Origin: Calditrichia bacterium
GTDB lineage: Bacteria; Calditrichota; Calditrichia; JAJRVZ01
Assembly: GCA_963796965.1 (NCBI GenBank)
Contig: CAWCNS010000005.1
Coordinates: 96,001-160,000, forward strand
DNA: 64,000 nucleotides
Direction of reading: 5' to 3'
How positions within the stretch are numbered: position 1 is the stretch's first letter; the number at the start of each line of letters is the position of its first letter. Shown piece after piece: positions 20,232 through 30,024 of the stretch. A program made the translations under genes and the position numbers. The notes under the pieces were generated by a model, which saw only the letters and a program-made list of their open reading frames with translations, had not been told where the DNA came from and did no database searches.

Positions 20232-21534
20232 ATGAATTGGAAAGAAGAATATAAACACTTTTTATGGATTCTGGGATTCTTTTTATTTGCCTATTTTATG
20301 CCCCTTGGTGATGAAAGATTTGACTCAGCCTTATACGAAGCATTTGCCCTGGTTAAATGGTATGCACGCGAACATGTTATTCTTTGCCTTATACCGGCTT
20401 TTTTTATTGCCGGGGTGATAGCCGTATTTATCAGCCAGGCAGCCGTAATTAAATACTTTGGGGCCAATGCTAAAAAGTGGTTATCCTATGCGGTGGCCTC
20501 TGTTTCAGGATCAATATTGGCTGTGTGTTCCTGTACGATACTACCTCTTTTTGCTGGAATTTACAAACGCGGTGCCGGGTTAGGCCCGGCCATCGCATTT
20601 CTTTATTCAGGTCCTGCAATCAGTATCCTGTCCATTATTCTGACAGCACGGATTCTTGGTCTGGAATTGGGTATTGCCCGTATTATTGGGGCAATCGTAT
20701 TTGCGGTACTAATAGGCTTAATTATGCACTTTATATATCGAAAAGAAGAATCTGCCAAAGCTGAAGCACAAATTGCGCTACCGGAACCGGAAGAAACGCA
20801 TCCTCTTTGGCAAACCGCTTTTCACTTCTTTATACTGGTCCTTATTTTAATTTTTGCTACCTGGGGTAAGCCAGACACGACTGATGGCATTTGGTTTTCT
20901 ATATATAGTCAGAAATGGGCTATTACTTCAATTCTTGGGGTATTGTTTGTCGGGTCTCTGATATTTATCCTGAATCTAAATAAATGGATGGTTCTTGGTG
21001 GTGTCATATCGGTCGTCCTTAGTCATATGATATGGCCGGCCAATCCGCTTCTTCCTTTTGTCACCGCTGTTATCGCACTAACTGTAGTTTTATCTTTTAG
21101 CAAAGGTGAATCACAGGAGTGGCTTTCGGAAAGCTGGGGATTTGCCCGGCAGATAATGCCCTTATTGGCTGCCGGCGTATTTTTTGCCGGATTTCTATTA
21201 GGATCGACAGAGGGAGGAAATGGCATTATTCCTAATGAATGGATTGCCTCCCTGGTGGGGGGGAATTCTGTCATGGCCAATTTATTTGCTTCACTTGCCG
21301 GGGCTTTGATGTATTTTGCTACTTTAACAGAGGTACCTATTTTACAGGGGCTAATAAATAGTGGTATGGGAAAAGGACCTGCCCTGGCCCTGTTATTAGC
21401 CGGGCCGGCCATATCATTGCCTAATATGTTGGTTATCCGGGGCATCATCGGCACCCAAAAAACGATGGTGTATGTCATTGTTAGTGGTGATTATGGCGAC
21501 ATTAAGTGGTTTGATTTATGGCGCGTTTTTTTAG
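20232..21534 (+). CDS. Permease, DUF318/ArsP-like (C-terminal frameshift near 21480)
   Basis: EHVILCLIPAFFIAG, LAVCSCTILP, MYFATLTEVP; restored end LVVIMATLSGLIYGAFF*. Confidence 0.88.
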
Positions 21535-22033
21535 ACAGGATCACAGGATTTACGGATTATTTTTCATATTTTGGTATAGATATTGCATTTTAATTAGTTA
21601 TGGAATATGAAGAAATAACAAAAAAAGTTATTGGGTTGTGCTTTTCGGGTTTATAATAAAATGGGCTCTGGTTATCTTCGAATCAGTATATGAACATTGC
21701 ATGGCTATCGAGTTGAATAAGGTGGGATTGAACTTCAAAGACAACAACCGATAAAAGTTAGATATGAAAATCAGATTGTCGGGGATTTTGTTGCTGATAT
21801 CATTGTGGAGGATATGATTATAGTTGAATTAAAAGCAGTTAAACAGATTACTAAAATTCATGAATCACAGTTGGTAAACTATTTGGTATCGACAGGTAAA
21901 GATATTGGATTATTAATAAATTTTGGGAGGAGGGAGTACAAATTAAAAGAAAATTTAGGACAATTATCGAGAGGTTAAATGTAATTGAATCCTGTAAATC
22001 CTGCCTGCCCCTTCGGGGTGATCCTGTCTAAAA
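21529..22033. mobile_element. GxxExxY gene enclosed by inverted repeats
   Basis: Left arm TTTTAGACAGGATCACAGGATTTACGGATT (21529-21558); right arm 21988-22033 is its reverse complement plus a 15-nt insert. Confidence 0.72.
21600..21978 (+). pseudogene. GxxExxY protein (PD-(D/E)xK-like nuclease), about 4 indels
   Basis: Restored MEYEEITKKVIGCAFRVYNKMGSGYLESVYEHC...GDFVADIIVEDMIIVELKAV...HESQLVNYL...GLLINFG. Confidence 0.88.
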
Positions 22034-22045
22034 TAAGGAACTAAA

Positions 22046-22504
22046 ATGAAAATTTTGATCTTATGTACCGGGAATTCATGCCGGAGTCAGATGGCCGAAG
22101 GTTTTTTGCGACATTTTGATGATAAATTGCATGTCCGTTCTGCGGGAACAAATCCATCAGGTCAGGTTCATCCAAAAGCGGTTCAGGTGATGTTGGAATC
22201 GGGAATCGATATTAGCGATGGCCGCCCGGAAGATGTTGCAACTTATCTCAATGAAGAATGGGATTATGTCATTACTGTCTGTGGTAATGCAAAAGAAACA
22301 TGTCCTGTATTTATTGGAAAGGTAAAGCATCACCTGCATATCGGTTTTGAAGATCCAGCGGATGCAACCGGTTCTGAAGAAGAAGTCCTTGCTGTTTTTA
22401 GACAGGTGCGGAAGGAGATTAAGAAAGACTTTTATCAATTTTATAAAAATGAATTGACAGGATCACCCCGAAGGGGCAGGCAGGATAAACAGGATCATAT
22501 ATAA
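22046..22504 (+). CDS. arsC: Arsenate reductase, LMW-PTP/thioredoxin-coupled type
   Basis: LCTGNSCRSQMAEG, ITVCGNAKETCP, FEDP; last ~15 codons come from a repeat arm. Confidence 0.92.
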   Translation: MKILILCTGNSCRSQMAEGFLRHFDDKLHVRSAGTNPSGQVHPKAVQVMLESGIDISDGRPEDVATYLNEEWDYVITVCGNAKETCPVFIGKVKHHLHIGFEDPADATGSEEEVLAVFRQVRKEIKKDFYQFYKNELTGSPRRGRQDKQDHI

Positions 22505-22588
22505 AATAAAAAATCATAAAAAAATCATCTCTTATATAATAAATAAAATCATGTAAATCTTGCTTCCCCTTCGGGTGATCCTGTCAAT
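22453..22588. repeat. Gene-less copy of the GACAGGAT inverted-repeat element
   Basis: ATTGACAGGATCACCCCGAAGGGGCAGGCAGGATAAACAGGAT ... ATCATGTAAATCTTGCTTCCCCTTCGGGTGATCCTGTCAAT with an AT-rich spacer. Confidence 0.82.
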
Positions 22589-22603
22589 AAAAAGGAGAAA
22601 AAG

Positions 22604-22852
22604 GTGTTAAATATAAAAGTTGTGGGTAGTGGATGTGCCACGTGTTCCAAATTAGAGCAGTTATGTCGTGAGGTTGTCACCGAACAAAATATTCCGGCGG
22701 AAATTGAAAAAATCACTGATATAAATACCTTCGCCGATCTTGGTATTATGATAACCCCGGGATTATTGCTGAACAACAAAGTCGTGAGCAGCGGAAAATT
22801 ACCTGCTAAAGAGACATTAGAACTTTGGATTAAAGAAGCGGACAGTATCTAA
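22604..22852 (+). CDS. Small thioredoxin-like redox protein (MTH895-like)
   Basis: IKVVGSGCATC, GIMITPGL; GTG start with AAGGAG RBS. Confidence 0.9.
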   Translation: MLNIKVVGSGCATCSKLEQLCREVVTEQNIPAEIEKITDINTFADLGIMITPGLLLNNKVVSSGKLPAKETLELWIKEADSI

Positions 22853-23179
22853 TGACGTCCGATAAAAGAACGATTGTCGAGATCCAGTATTTCCATGGTT
22901 GTCCGCATGCGGATGAAATGATTAAACGTGTTCGGGAAGCGATAGAAATATCAGAGGTGGATATAGAATACAAGGAAATACTTGTTGATACACCAGAAAA
23001 AGCAGAACTACACAAATTCAGGGGTTCTCCTACTGTATTAGTCAATGGTGGTGATTTAGAGGGATTGCCGACACCTGAATCTGGTTCTGGCCTGTCGGTA
23101 TTACAAAAATGGTATTCCTACCCTTCAATCTATAATTAATTTCATTAAACTGCGGCAAAGAAAGAAAGGTAAATTATGA
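22852..23179 (+). CDS. Thioredoxin-fold protein (DUF2703/DF-family-like), frameshift near 23085
   Basis: [18 protein letters not shown]; restored [11 protein letters not shown], with the stop overlapping the next ATG. Confidence 0.72.
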
Positions 23180-24262
23180 GTCAGATTTCTAAAAAACTTA
23201 GTTTTCTTGATCGTTATTTAACCTTGTGGATTTTTCTGGCCATGTTTATTGGTGTATTTGCAGGATATATCTATCCACAGGTCGTTGACTTCTGGAATTT
23301 GTTTCAGGTCGGTACTACCAATATCCCAATTGCTATTGGCCTCATTCTCATGATGTATCCCCCCCTGGCAAAGGTGAGATATGAGGAACTGGGCGAAGTT
23401 TTTCGGAACTGGAAAGTTCTCGCACTCTCGCTTGTGCAAAACTGGATTATCGGTCCGGTCTTGATGTTTTTTCTGGCGATCATCTTTTTAAGCGGTTATC
23501 CGGAATACATGTATGGGCTGATTTTGATCGGTCTGGCCCGCTGTATTGCCATGGTGATTGTTTGGAACGAGTTGGCAAAAGGGGATACCGAATATGCAGC
23601 CGGTCTGGTGGCTTTTAATTCTATTTTCCAGGTGCTGTTTTTTTCAGTTTATGCTTATGTCTTTATCACTATTCTGCCGACCTGGTTTGGATTGGAAGGT
23701 ACAGCGGTAGATATTACGATTGGGCAGATTGCTGAAAGCGTATTTATTTATCTGGGCATTCCATTTATTGCCGGGATTATCACCCGCTTTTCATTAATTA
23801 AAATTAAAAATAAAGAATGGTACCATACAAAGTTCATTCCCAAAATTAGCCCGATTACATTAATCGCTCTTATTATTTACTATTCTGGTTATGTTTTCCT
23901 TAAAGGGAGAATATATTGTTCAATTGCCATTTGATGTGGTGCGGATTGCAATCCCCTTGCTTATCTATTTTGTGGTGATGTTTTTGTTATCCTTTTATAT
24001 GGGTAGAAAGGTTGGTGCCGATTATCCAAAATCAGCAACACTTTCTTTCACGGCAGCCAGTAATAATTTCGAATTGGCCATTGCCGTGGCTGTGGCTGTT
24101 TTTGGTATTAATTCAGGTGAGGCATTTGCGGCTGTCATTGGACCTTTGGTCGAAGTTCCGGTGTTAATAAGTCTGGTCAATGTAGCGCTATGGTTTCAAA
24201 AGAAATATTTTAAGTTTGAAGATAGAGACGTGGTGGTTGAAGCTACGGATATTGTCCATTAA
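23176..24262 (+). CDS. acr3: ACR3-family arsenite efflux transporter (frameshift near 23875)
   Basis: [34 protein letters not shown]. Confidence 0.94.
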
Positions 24263-24495
24263 TGTAATTAGAAATTAATGAGAAAAGATCTTTCCGTACT
24301 ATTTAATGTGAAATATCACACAATGTGGAGACTTTTTTGAGTGTGATCGCTGTGGCTACTTGTGATCCAAATACGAAACAGGAAATCTCTAACTAAGTGG
24401 TTATCTAAAAGTATTCAATCGATATCCAACGGAAATCTAATTGAATTCCGTCAGATAATTATTAATCCTTTCATAATAAACAAAGGAGATTTATT

Positions 24496-25179
24496 ATGTC
24501 AAAAAGTATTGGACGAAGAAAATTTGTGCAAACGGCTGGAGTGGCTGCATTGGCTGGTTTGACATCAGAAGCGCTATATGCAGACAATGGGAAATCATTA
24601 ATTATTGGTATATCTTGTAGTCCACGAAAGGGTAAAACCACGGCGACTGCCGTGCAAGTCGCACTTGATGCAGCAAAAAGTTCCGATCCAAATATTGTGG
24701 TTGAAATGATTGACCTTGGCGGCATGGAAATCTCAGGATGGAAGCCTCCGGTTACGGGACAGAAGCATACCGATGATTTTGATTTAATTTTGCCTTTGTT
24801 AAAATCTGGGAACTTGAAGGGAATTATTATCGGATCTCCTGTTTATTTTCGCAATATGAGTTCATTATGTGCTGCTTTTCTGGAACGGCTTGCTGTACTA
24901 AGAAAGCCGAAGTTGCTTCTCGCAAATAAAGCAGTTGGTGTATTATCGGTAGGGGCATATCGTAATGGTGGGCAAGAATTGGTAATACAGCAAATCCAAA
25001 CCGCCATGTTGTGTCATGAATCTGTCATTGTCGGAGGAAAACCAGGAGCCCATCAGGGAGCAACGCTGTGGAATACATATAATGATGATATCATAAAAGA
25101 TGAATTTGGAATCGGAAGTGCCAAAAAACTGGGTGAGCGGGTAGCAGAAGCATCCCTTCTTTTCAATTCAGAAAACTAA
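24496..25179 (+). CDS. Flavodoxin/NADPH-dependent FMN reductase family protein with TAT signal
   Basis: GRRKFV twin-Arg leader, CSPRKGKT, GSPVYF, RNGGQE. Confidence 0.85.
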   Translation: MSKSIGRRKFVQTAGVAALAGLTSEALYADNGKSLIIGISCSPRKGKTTATAVQVALDAAKSSDPNIVVEMIDLGGMEISGWKPPVTGQKHTDDFDLILPLLKSGNLKGIIIGSPVYFRNMSSLCAAFLERLAVLRKPKLLLANKAVGVLSVGAYRNGGQELVIQQIQTAMLCHESVIVGGKPGAHQGATLWNTYNDDIIKDEFGIGSAKKLGERVAEASLLFNSEN

Positions 25180-25350
25180 ATATATTGATCTGTAAAATCT
25201 AAAATATTTTACATACAACTATAGGTGGGGAGGAAAGGATTTTTAAAGAGAAATCATAATGAATATGGTGTTTGATGACTCTGAATTAGATGGTAGTATT
25301 GGAAATACAATCATCATATGTGACCTAATAAGTATAGAAAAGGAATCAAT

Positions 25351-25587
25351 ATGAACGTGAAAGTTCTCGGTGCAGGCTGCACTAAATGTAAAACACTTGA
25401 AAAACGCCTGCTTGATTTGAAAGAAAAATATCAATTGGATATCGAAATAGAAAAAGTAACCCAATTAAATGACATCATGGCCTATGGCGTTATGATGACC
25501 CCTGCTTTAGTGATTAATGATGAAATAAAAAGTACCGGGAAAATTCCCAGGGATGAAGAATTATTAAAATGGTTGAAGGAGGCCTGA
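25351..25587 (+). CDS. Small thioredoxin-like redox protein (MTH895-like), second paralog
   Basis: VKVLGAGCTKC, YGVMMTPAL. Confidence 0.9.
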   Translation: MNVKVLGAGCTKCKTLEKRLLDLKEKYQLDIEIEKVTQLNDIMAYGVMMTPALVINDEIKSTGKIPRDEELLKWLKEA

Positions 25588-25588
25588 A

Positions 25589-26098
25589 TTGATTAGAATT
25601 ATATTAACATTAATCAGCATTTTTGTTTTTGTTGCAAATTTTACTTCCTGTCAAGAAAATGAAAATAAAGTCCATGCATCGTCGGGTGCAGGTGAAGATT
25701 GCGGTTCTATGAAAGGAAATACTGTGGCATGTGCAGGTTGTCCATCTAATAAAGCAGAGGCGATTGCTGTAGGTGAAGAATCAGGTGAAAAAACTGGGAA
25801 ATCCCTTATCACGTTTGTTGAATTAGGATCTGTAAACTGCATCCCATGCAAACAAATGCAGCCTGTGATGAAAGCAATTGAAGACAAATATGGTGATCAG
25901 ATAGAAGTTGTATTTTATGATGTTTGGAAACCTGAAGAAAGCAAATATGCTGAAGAATACGGTATTCGATTGATCCCAACACAGGTTTTCTTAGATAAAG
26001 AAGGTAAAGAATTATTCCGTCATGAAGGATTTTTTCCTGAAGAATCAATTGACAAATTTCTCAGAGAACAGGGATTATCTCCAAACGAAAAAAGTTGA
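25589..26098 (+). CDS. Exported thioredoxin family protein
   Basis: Hydrophobic leader, ELGSVNCIPC, IPTQVF, RHEGF. Confidence 0.88.
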   Translation: MIRIILTLISIFVFVANFTSCQENENKVHASSGAGEDCGSMKGNTVACAGCPSNKAEAIAVGEESGEKTGKSLITFVELGSVNCIPCKQMQPVMKAIEDKYGDQIEVVFYDVWKPEESKYAEEYGIRLIPTQVFLDKEGKELFRHEGFFPEESIDKFLREQGLSPNEKS

Positions 26099-26805
26099 CT
26101 CCCATGATTGAAGAAATCTTTACAAAATTAACCTTGGCTCTAAATGGCAGTTTCTCCCTGGCACTTGCTGCTGCATTTACCTGGGGTGTGCTCAGTATTA
26201 TATTGAGCCCCTGCCATCTTTCCAGTATACCGTTGGTGATAGGATACATCAGTACCCACGGACAGATAAAACTAAAACGGTCTTTTTATCTCGCGCTGGT
26301 ATTTGCTGTCGGTATATTAATAACCATCGCAGTAATTGGTCTGATCACTGTATCAATGGGCCGGTTGATGGGCGATGTGGGACGATGGGGCAACTATCTG
26401 GTGGCTGCCATTTTCGTTTTGATAGGTCTTTATCTGATGGATATCATCCGCTGGGATTGGGGCAGACTGCAAATTGGGCAAAATAAACATAGGGGATTTT
26501 GGGGTGCTTTTGTTTTGGGGCTGATATTTGGTATTGGACTAGGCCCCTGCACTTTTGCATTTCTTGCGCCGGTTCTGGGAATTGTATTTCAAACATCCTC
26601 CAAAGATTTGGTTCAAGGAATATTACTCATCTCAGCATTTGGGTCGGGGCATTGTGCGGTGATTGTTACCGCAGGTAGTTTAACCAATCTGGTACAAAAA
26701 TATTTAAACTGGACAGAGGGCTCGCCGGCAATTTCTATTATCAAGAAAATGACCGGTTTATTTGTCATATTTGCAGGATTTTATTTTTTATATTTATCCC
26801 TCTGA
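26095..26805 (+). CDS. ccdA: CcdA/DsbD-type thiol-disulfide membrane protein
   Basis: SPCHLSSIP and LGPCT catalytic Cys motifs, multiple TM segments. Confidence 0.88.
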   Translation: MTPMIEEIFTKLTLALNGSFSLALAAAFTWGVLSIILSPCHLSSIPLVIGYISTHGQIKLKRSFYLALVFAVGILITIAVIGLITVSMGRLMGDVGRWGNYLVAAIFVLIGLYLMDIIRWDWGRLQIGQNKHRGFWGAFVLGLIFGIGLGPCTFAFLAPVLGIVFQTSSKDLVQGILLISAFGSGHCAVIVTAGSLTNLVQKYLNWTEGSPAISIIKKMTGLFVIFAGFYFLYLSL

Positions 26806-26891
26806 CCTAACTTTTTCTGGTAAATGAGATTGTACTGGTTGTGAAAAGTTCGCACCCTCACTGACTGCATATATTGAAAATAAAGGATAAA

Positions 26892-28209
26892 ATGGAAACA
26901 AAAAATTTACTATCCCAGTATGGAATTGACATTTTGGATTCATTGGTCGAAGGCATCTTTATAATTGATAAAGATTTCAGAATTATTTATGTGAATAAAG
27001 TTGCGACAGAAATTATAAAAATAAATGCTGAAGATTTAGTTGGTCGGGTGTGTATTTCTATATGTAAATCAGAGAGATGTCAAATTGGTTGCCCGATCAC
27101 AGAAGTATTAAGATCTAATAGAAAAGTGATAGATCTTGAATCGACTATTCAGGATAGTAGAGGGAAAATCTTACCTATTAAATTAAATGCATCATTGCTC
27201 AAGGGAGATAATGATGAGCCAATTGGTGGCATCATTTCATTTAGAGAAAATTCAAAAGTTAATTTTGATGATTACATCAAAGCCCGAGGCCATTTTTATG
27301 GAATAATTGGTAAATCTGAAAGAATGCGAGAAATATTCAAAACCATTGAGGATATTTCCCGAAGCGATGCGTGTGTTTTAATTTCAGGGGAAACGGGTGT
27401 TGGTAAAGAGATGATCGCTGATGCGATTCAGCAAACAAGTTTTAGAAGACAAAAACCATTTGTTAAGGTTAATTGTGCCGCATTACCAGCCACATTATTA
27501 GCGAGTGAACTTTTTGGGCATGTGAAGGGTGCATTTACCGGTGCAGTCAAAGACCGGATTGGAAGATTTGAATATGCTGATGGGGGAACGATTTTTCTTG
27601 ATGAGATAGCAGAAATGCCCCTCGAGATGCAATCTCAATTATTAAGAATATTACAGGAAGGAACATTTGAGAGACTTGGAGAATCAAAAACAAGGACCAT
27701 CAATGTCAGAATTATAGCCGCATCTAATAAAGACTTGCATCAAGAAATCAATAAACGTTTGTTTAGGAAAGACCTTTATTACAGGCTTAATGTTATTCCA
27801 ATAAATGTTTCCCCTCTGAACGAGCGGAAAGATGATATTATTTTACTTGTCGATCATTTTATTCGTAAATATGCAGACAAATATGATAAGAAAATTAAAA
27901 TAGCGGCAGATGATACTGTTACGGCATTATTGCAATATGATTGGCCTGGAAATGTTCGTGAATTGGAAAATGCCATTGAGTATGCTTTTATAAGGTCAAA
28001 AAGAGATGACTATCTTTGTATCTGCAGTCTTCCTCCCATATTAAGAGGCGATGATAATTGCAAGGATATATTAAGCACAATCGAAATAGAAGCACGACGA
28101 AAAAACAGAAACCATTTTGGCATTATTGCGACAGAATAATTGGAATAAAACCAAAGTTGCTCAAATTCTCGGAATAAATCGCAGTACTATTCACCGTCGT
28201 CTTAAGTGA
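26892..28209 (+). CDS. PAS-domain sigma54-dependent activator (C-terminal HTH frameshifted near 28095)
   Basis: [27 protein letters not shown]; restored [24 protein letters not shown]. Confidence 0.93.
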
Positions 28210-28224
28210 ATTGACAAGAATTAA

Positions 28225-28322
28225 GTGTTGCGGAATGATGCAAATCGTTGCAGTAAAATTAGATTAATTGTAGCAATTTAGTGACGGGTGATGTAAAGTG
28301 TTGCATCTGGTCCTATGCAAAC
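28225..28322. promoter_or_regulatory. Candidate upstream activator sequences
   Basis: Repeated TGTTGC...TGCAAA boxes upstream of the sigma54 site. Confidence 0.5.
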
Positions 28323-28358
28323 AAATCATAGGGCCCCTCATAAAAACCTCTTCTCTGT

Positions 28359-28374
28359 TGGCATGCTATTTGTT
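28359..28374 (+). promoter_or_regulatory. Sigma54 (-24/-12) promoter
   Basis: TGGCAT-GCTAT-TTGT with correct spacing but GT in place of GC; lies directly after a GAFTGA activator gene. Confidence 0.6.
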
Positions 28375-28388
28375 CATTAATTCACATT

Positions 28389-28859
28389 ATGCGTGAAATG
28401 CTAGCAAGCCAATATTTTATCACACGAAAATATGATATGGCAGCTCTGGAACTGGAAAAAGCCATGTCTGATAATCCTGCAAGTAAATCCATCAAAAAGA
28501 AAATAATCATTTGCTATATTCAGACAAAACAAATTAAAAAAGCATTCGATATTTTCAATGGATTAGTTAAGGACGATCCCTTCTTTATTGTAAATACAGA
28601 TATAGTTGCAGATTATTGCCCCTGTCCTGACCTCATTTATGAATATGAAAATGCCCTTGACGTATCTGAAGATCACACTCACAGGTTGATTTTGGCGATG
28701 CTCTGGTTGTATTGTGATGTGGATGAATCAATTAAATACTTTGAGTTACTCAAAAAAAATTCTCAGCAAATGGGATCAATTCATGAAACTCTAAGCAGAT
28801 TAAATAAGATAAAACAGGAACTAAAACCGGAGAATAATTATGGAAAACAAGAAAGTTAG
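28389..28859 (+). CDS. Hypothetical TPR-like protein with a CPC motif
   Basis: Helical repeat pattern, YCPCP; overlaps the next gene. Confidence 0.6.
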   Translation: MREMLASQYFITRKYDMAALELEKAMSDNPASKSIKKKIIICYIQTKQIKKAFDIFNGLVKDDPFFIVNTDIVADYCPCPDLIYEYENALDVSEDHTHRLILAMLWLYCDVDESIKYFELLKKNSQQMGSIHETLSRLNKIKQELKPENNYGKQES

Positions 28860-29947
28860 TAGAACAGAGTTTTTGAAAAGTTCTTCCAGGTATGCCATTG
28901 GTGCTGCAGCTGGTGTCGCTGGTTTGAATATGATTGCCGGCAATAAAATAATGGCTCAGGCTGAATTTACGTGGCCTTATCCCTATGCTACGCTTGACCC
29001 TGAAAAAGTCAGAATAAAAGCGCATACATTATATTATAGTGGTAAGGATTGTTGTTCGGGCGCTTTTGGGGGAATTTCTGCATGTTTGTCAGATGAGATT
29101 GGAAACCCATGGACTGATTTTCCAATAGAGGTTATGTTATTTGGCCGGGGTGGTGGTGTTGGCTGGGGATCGATTTGCGGTGCTTTAAATGGAGCAGCCG
29201 CTCTGATTAGTCTGGTCACCGAAAAAGCGCCATCCGGAAGTCTTATAAACGAAGTTTGGGGCTGGTATGGTACTGAAAAACTTCCCACAGATGTGGGTAA
29301 TAAAGCCACTTATGAGATAGTAAATTATGAAGGGGAACTCCCACAAAATGTATCTGGAAGTCCTCTCTGTCACGTATCAGTTTCGCAATGGTGTAATTTG
29401 GCAGATAAGAAAGTTCATGACATAGAACGAAAAGAACGATGTGCAAGGATTGCTGGTGATATTGCTGCCAAAACAGCCGAAGTGCTGAATGCACATTTTG
29501 CAGAGACATTTGTCGGTACTTTTACAGATTCCGATGGTGTTAAGGCATGCCTAAGTTGCCATGGTGGAGCCGGAAAAGATAACGTAATGACACATATGGA
29601 ATGTGCTTCTTGCCATGGAGATCCTCATGCGGTCAATAAAGTAGAACAAGTTAGCAGTATGGTGCCTGAAGAGCATGCCATAATGCAAAATTATCCAAAT
29701 CCATTTAATCCTAATACACAATAATATATCTCTTCCGAATAAGGGTAAAGTGCGGCTGGAGGTTTATAATATAAAAGGTCAATTGGTTAATTCACTTATA
29801 GACTCAGAATTCATGCAGTCTGGTGAATATCAGATTACCTGGGATGGCGCAGATAATACGGGTCAGAAGGTTGCTACGGGCATTTATTTTGCCAGATTAA
29901 CCTCAGATAAATTCATGAAATCAATTAAGATGAATTTGATTAAATAA
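28840..29947 (+). CDS. C-GCAxxG-C-C (split-Soret cytochrome c-like) protein with two CxxCH motifs and a C-terminal FlgD-Ig/T9SS-like sorting domain (frameshift near 29720)
   Basis: SRTEFLK TAT-like leader, DCCSGAF, ICGALNG, LCHVSVSQWC, ERCAR, CLSCH, CASCH, NYPNPFNP, then VYNIKGQLV...WDG...GIYF...KMNLIK. Confidence 0.82.
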
Positions 29948-29997
29948 GGAAAATTTTCCTAAACGAAGTAGTAGATGACTTAGATGAGTGTTATGAA

Positions 29998-30024
29998 TAA
30001 ACCGCCTTTGGGCGGTTTTATTTA
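29998..30024 (+). terminator. Intrinsic terminator
   Basis: AAACCGCC TTTG GGCGGTTT TATTT. Confidence 0.85.

Noticed and set aside
21529..22588. CRISPR array or classical IS
   Set aside because: Repeats are inverted pairs without regular spacers; no cas, DDE or HUH gene
24307..24320. CRP/Rex-like site TGTGA-N4-TCACA
   Set aside because: Spacer is 4 rather than 6; regulator cannot be assigned
22604..29724. Selenocysteine recoding in the redox genes
   Set aside because: Redox motifs use Cys codons; no in-frame TGA at motif positions was seen
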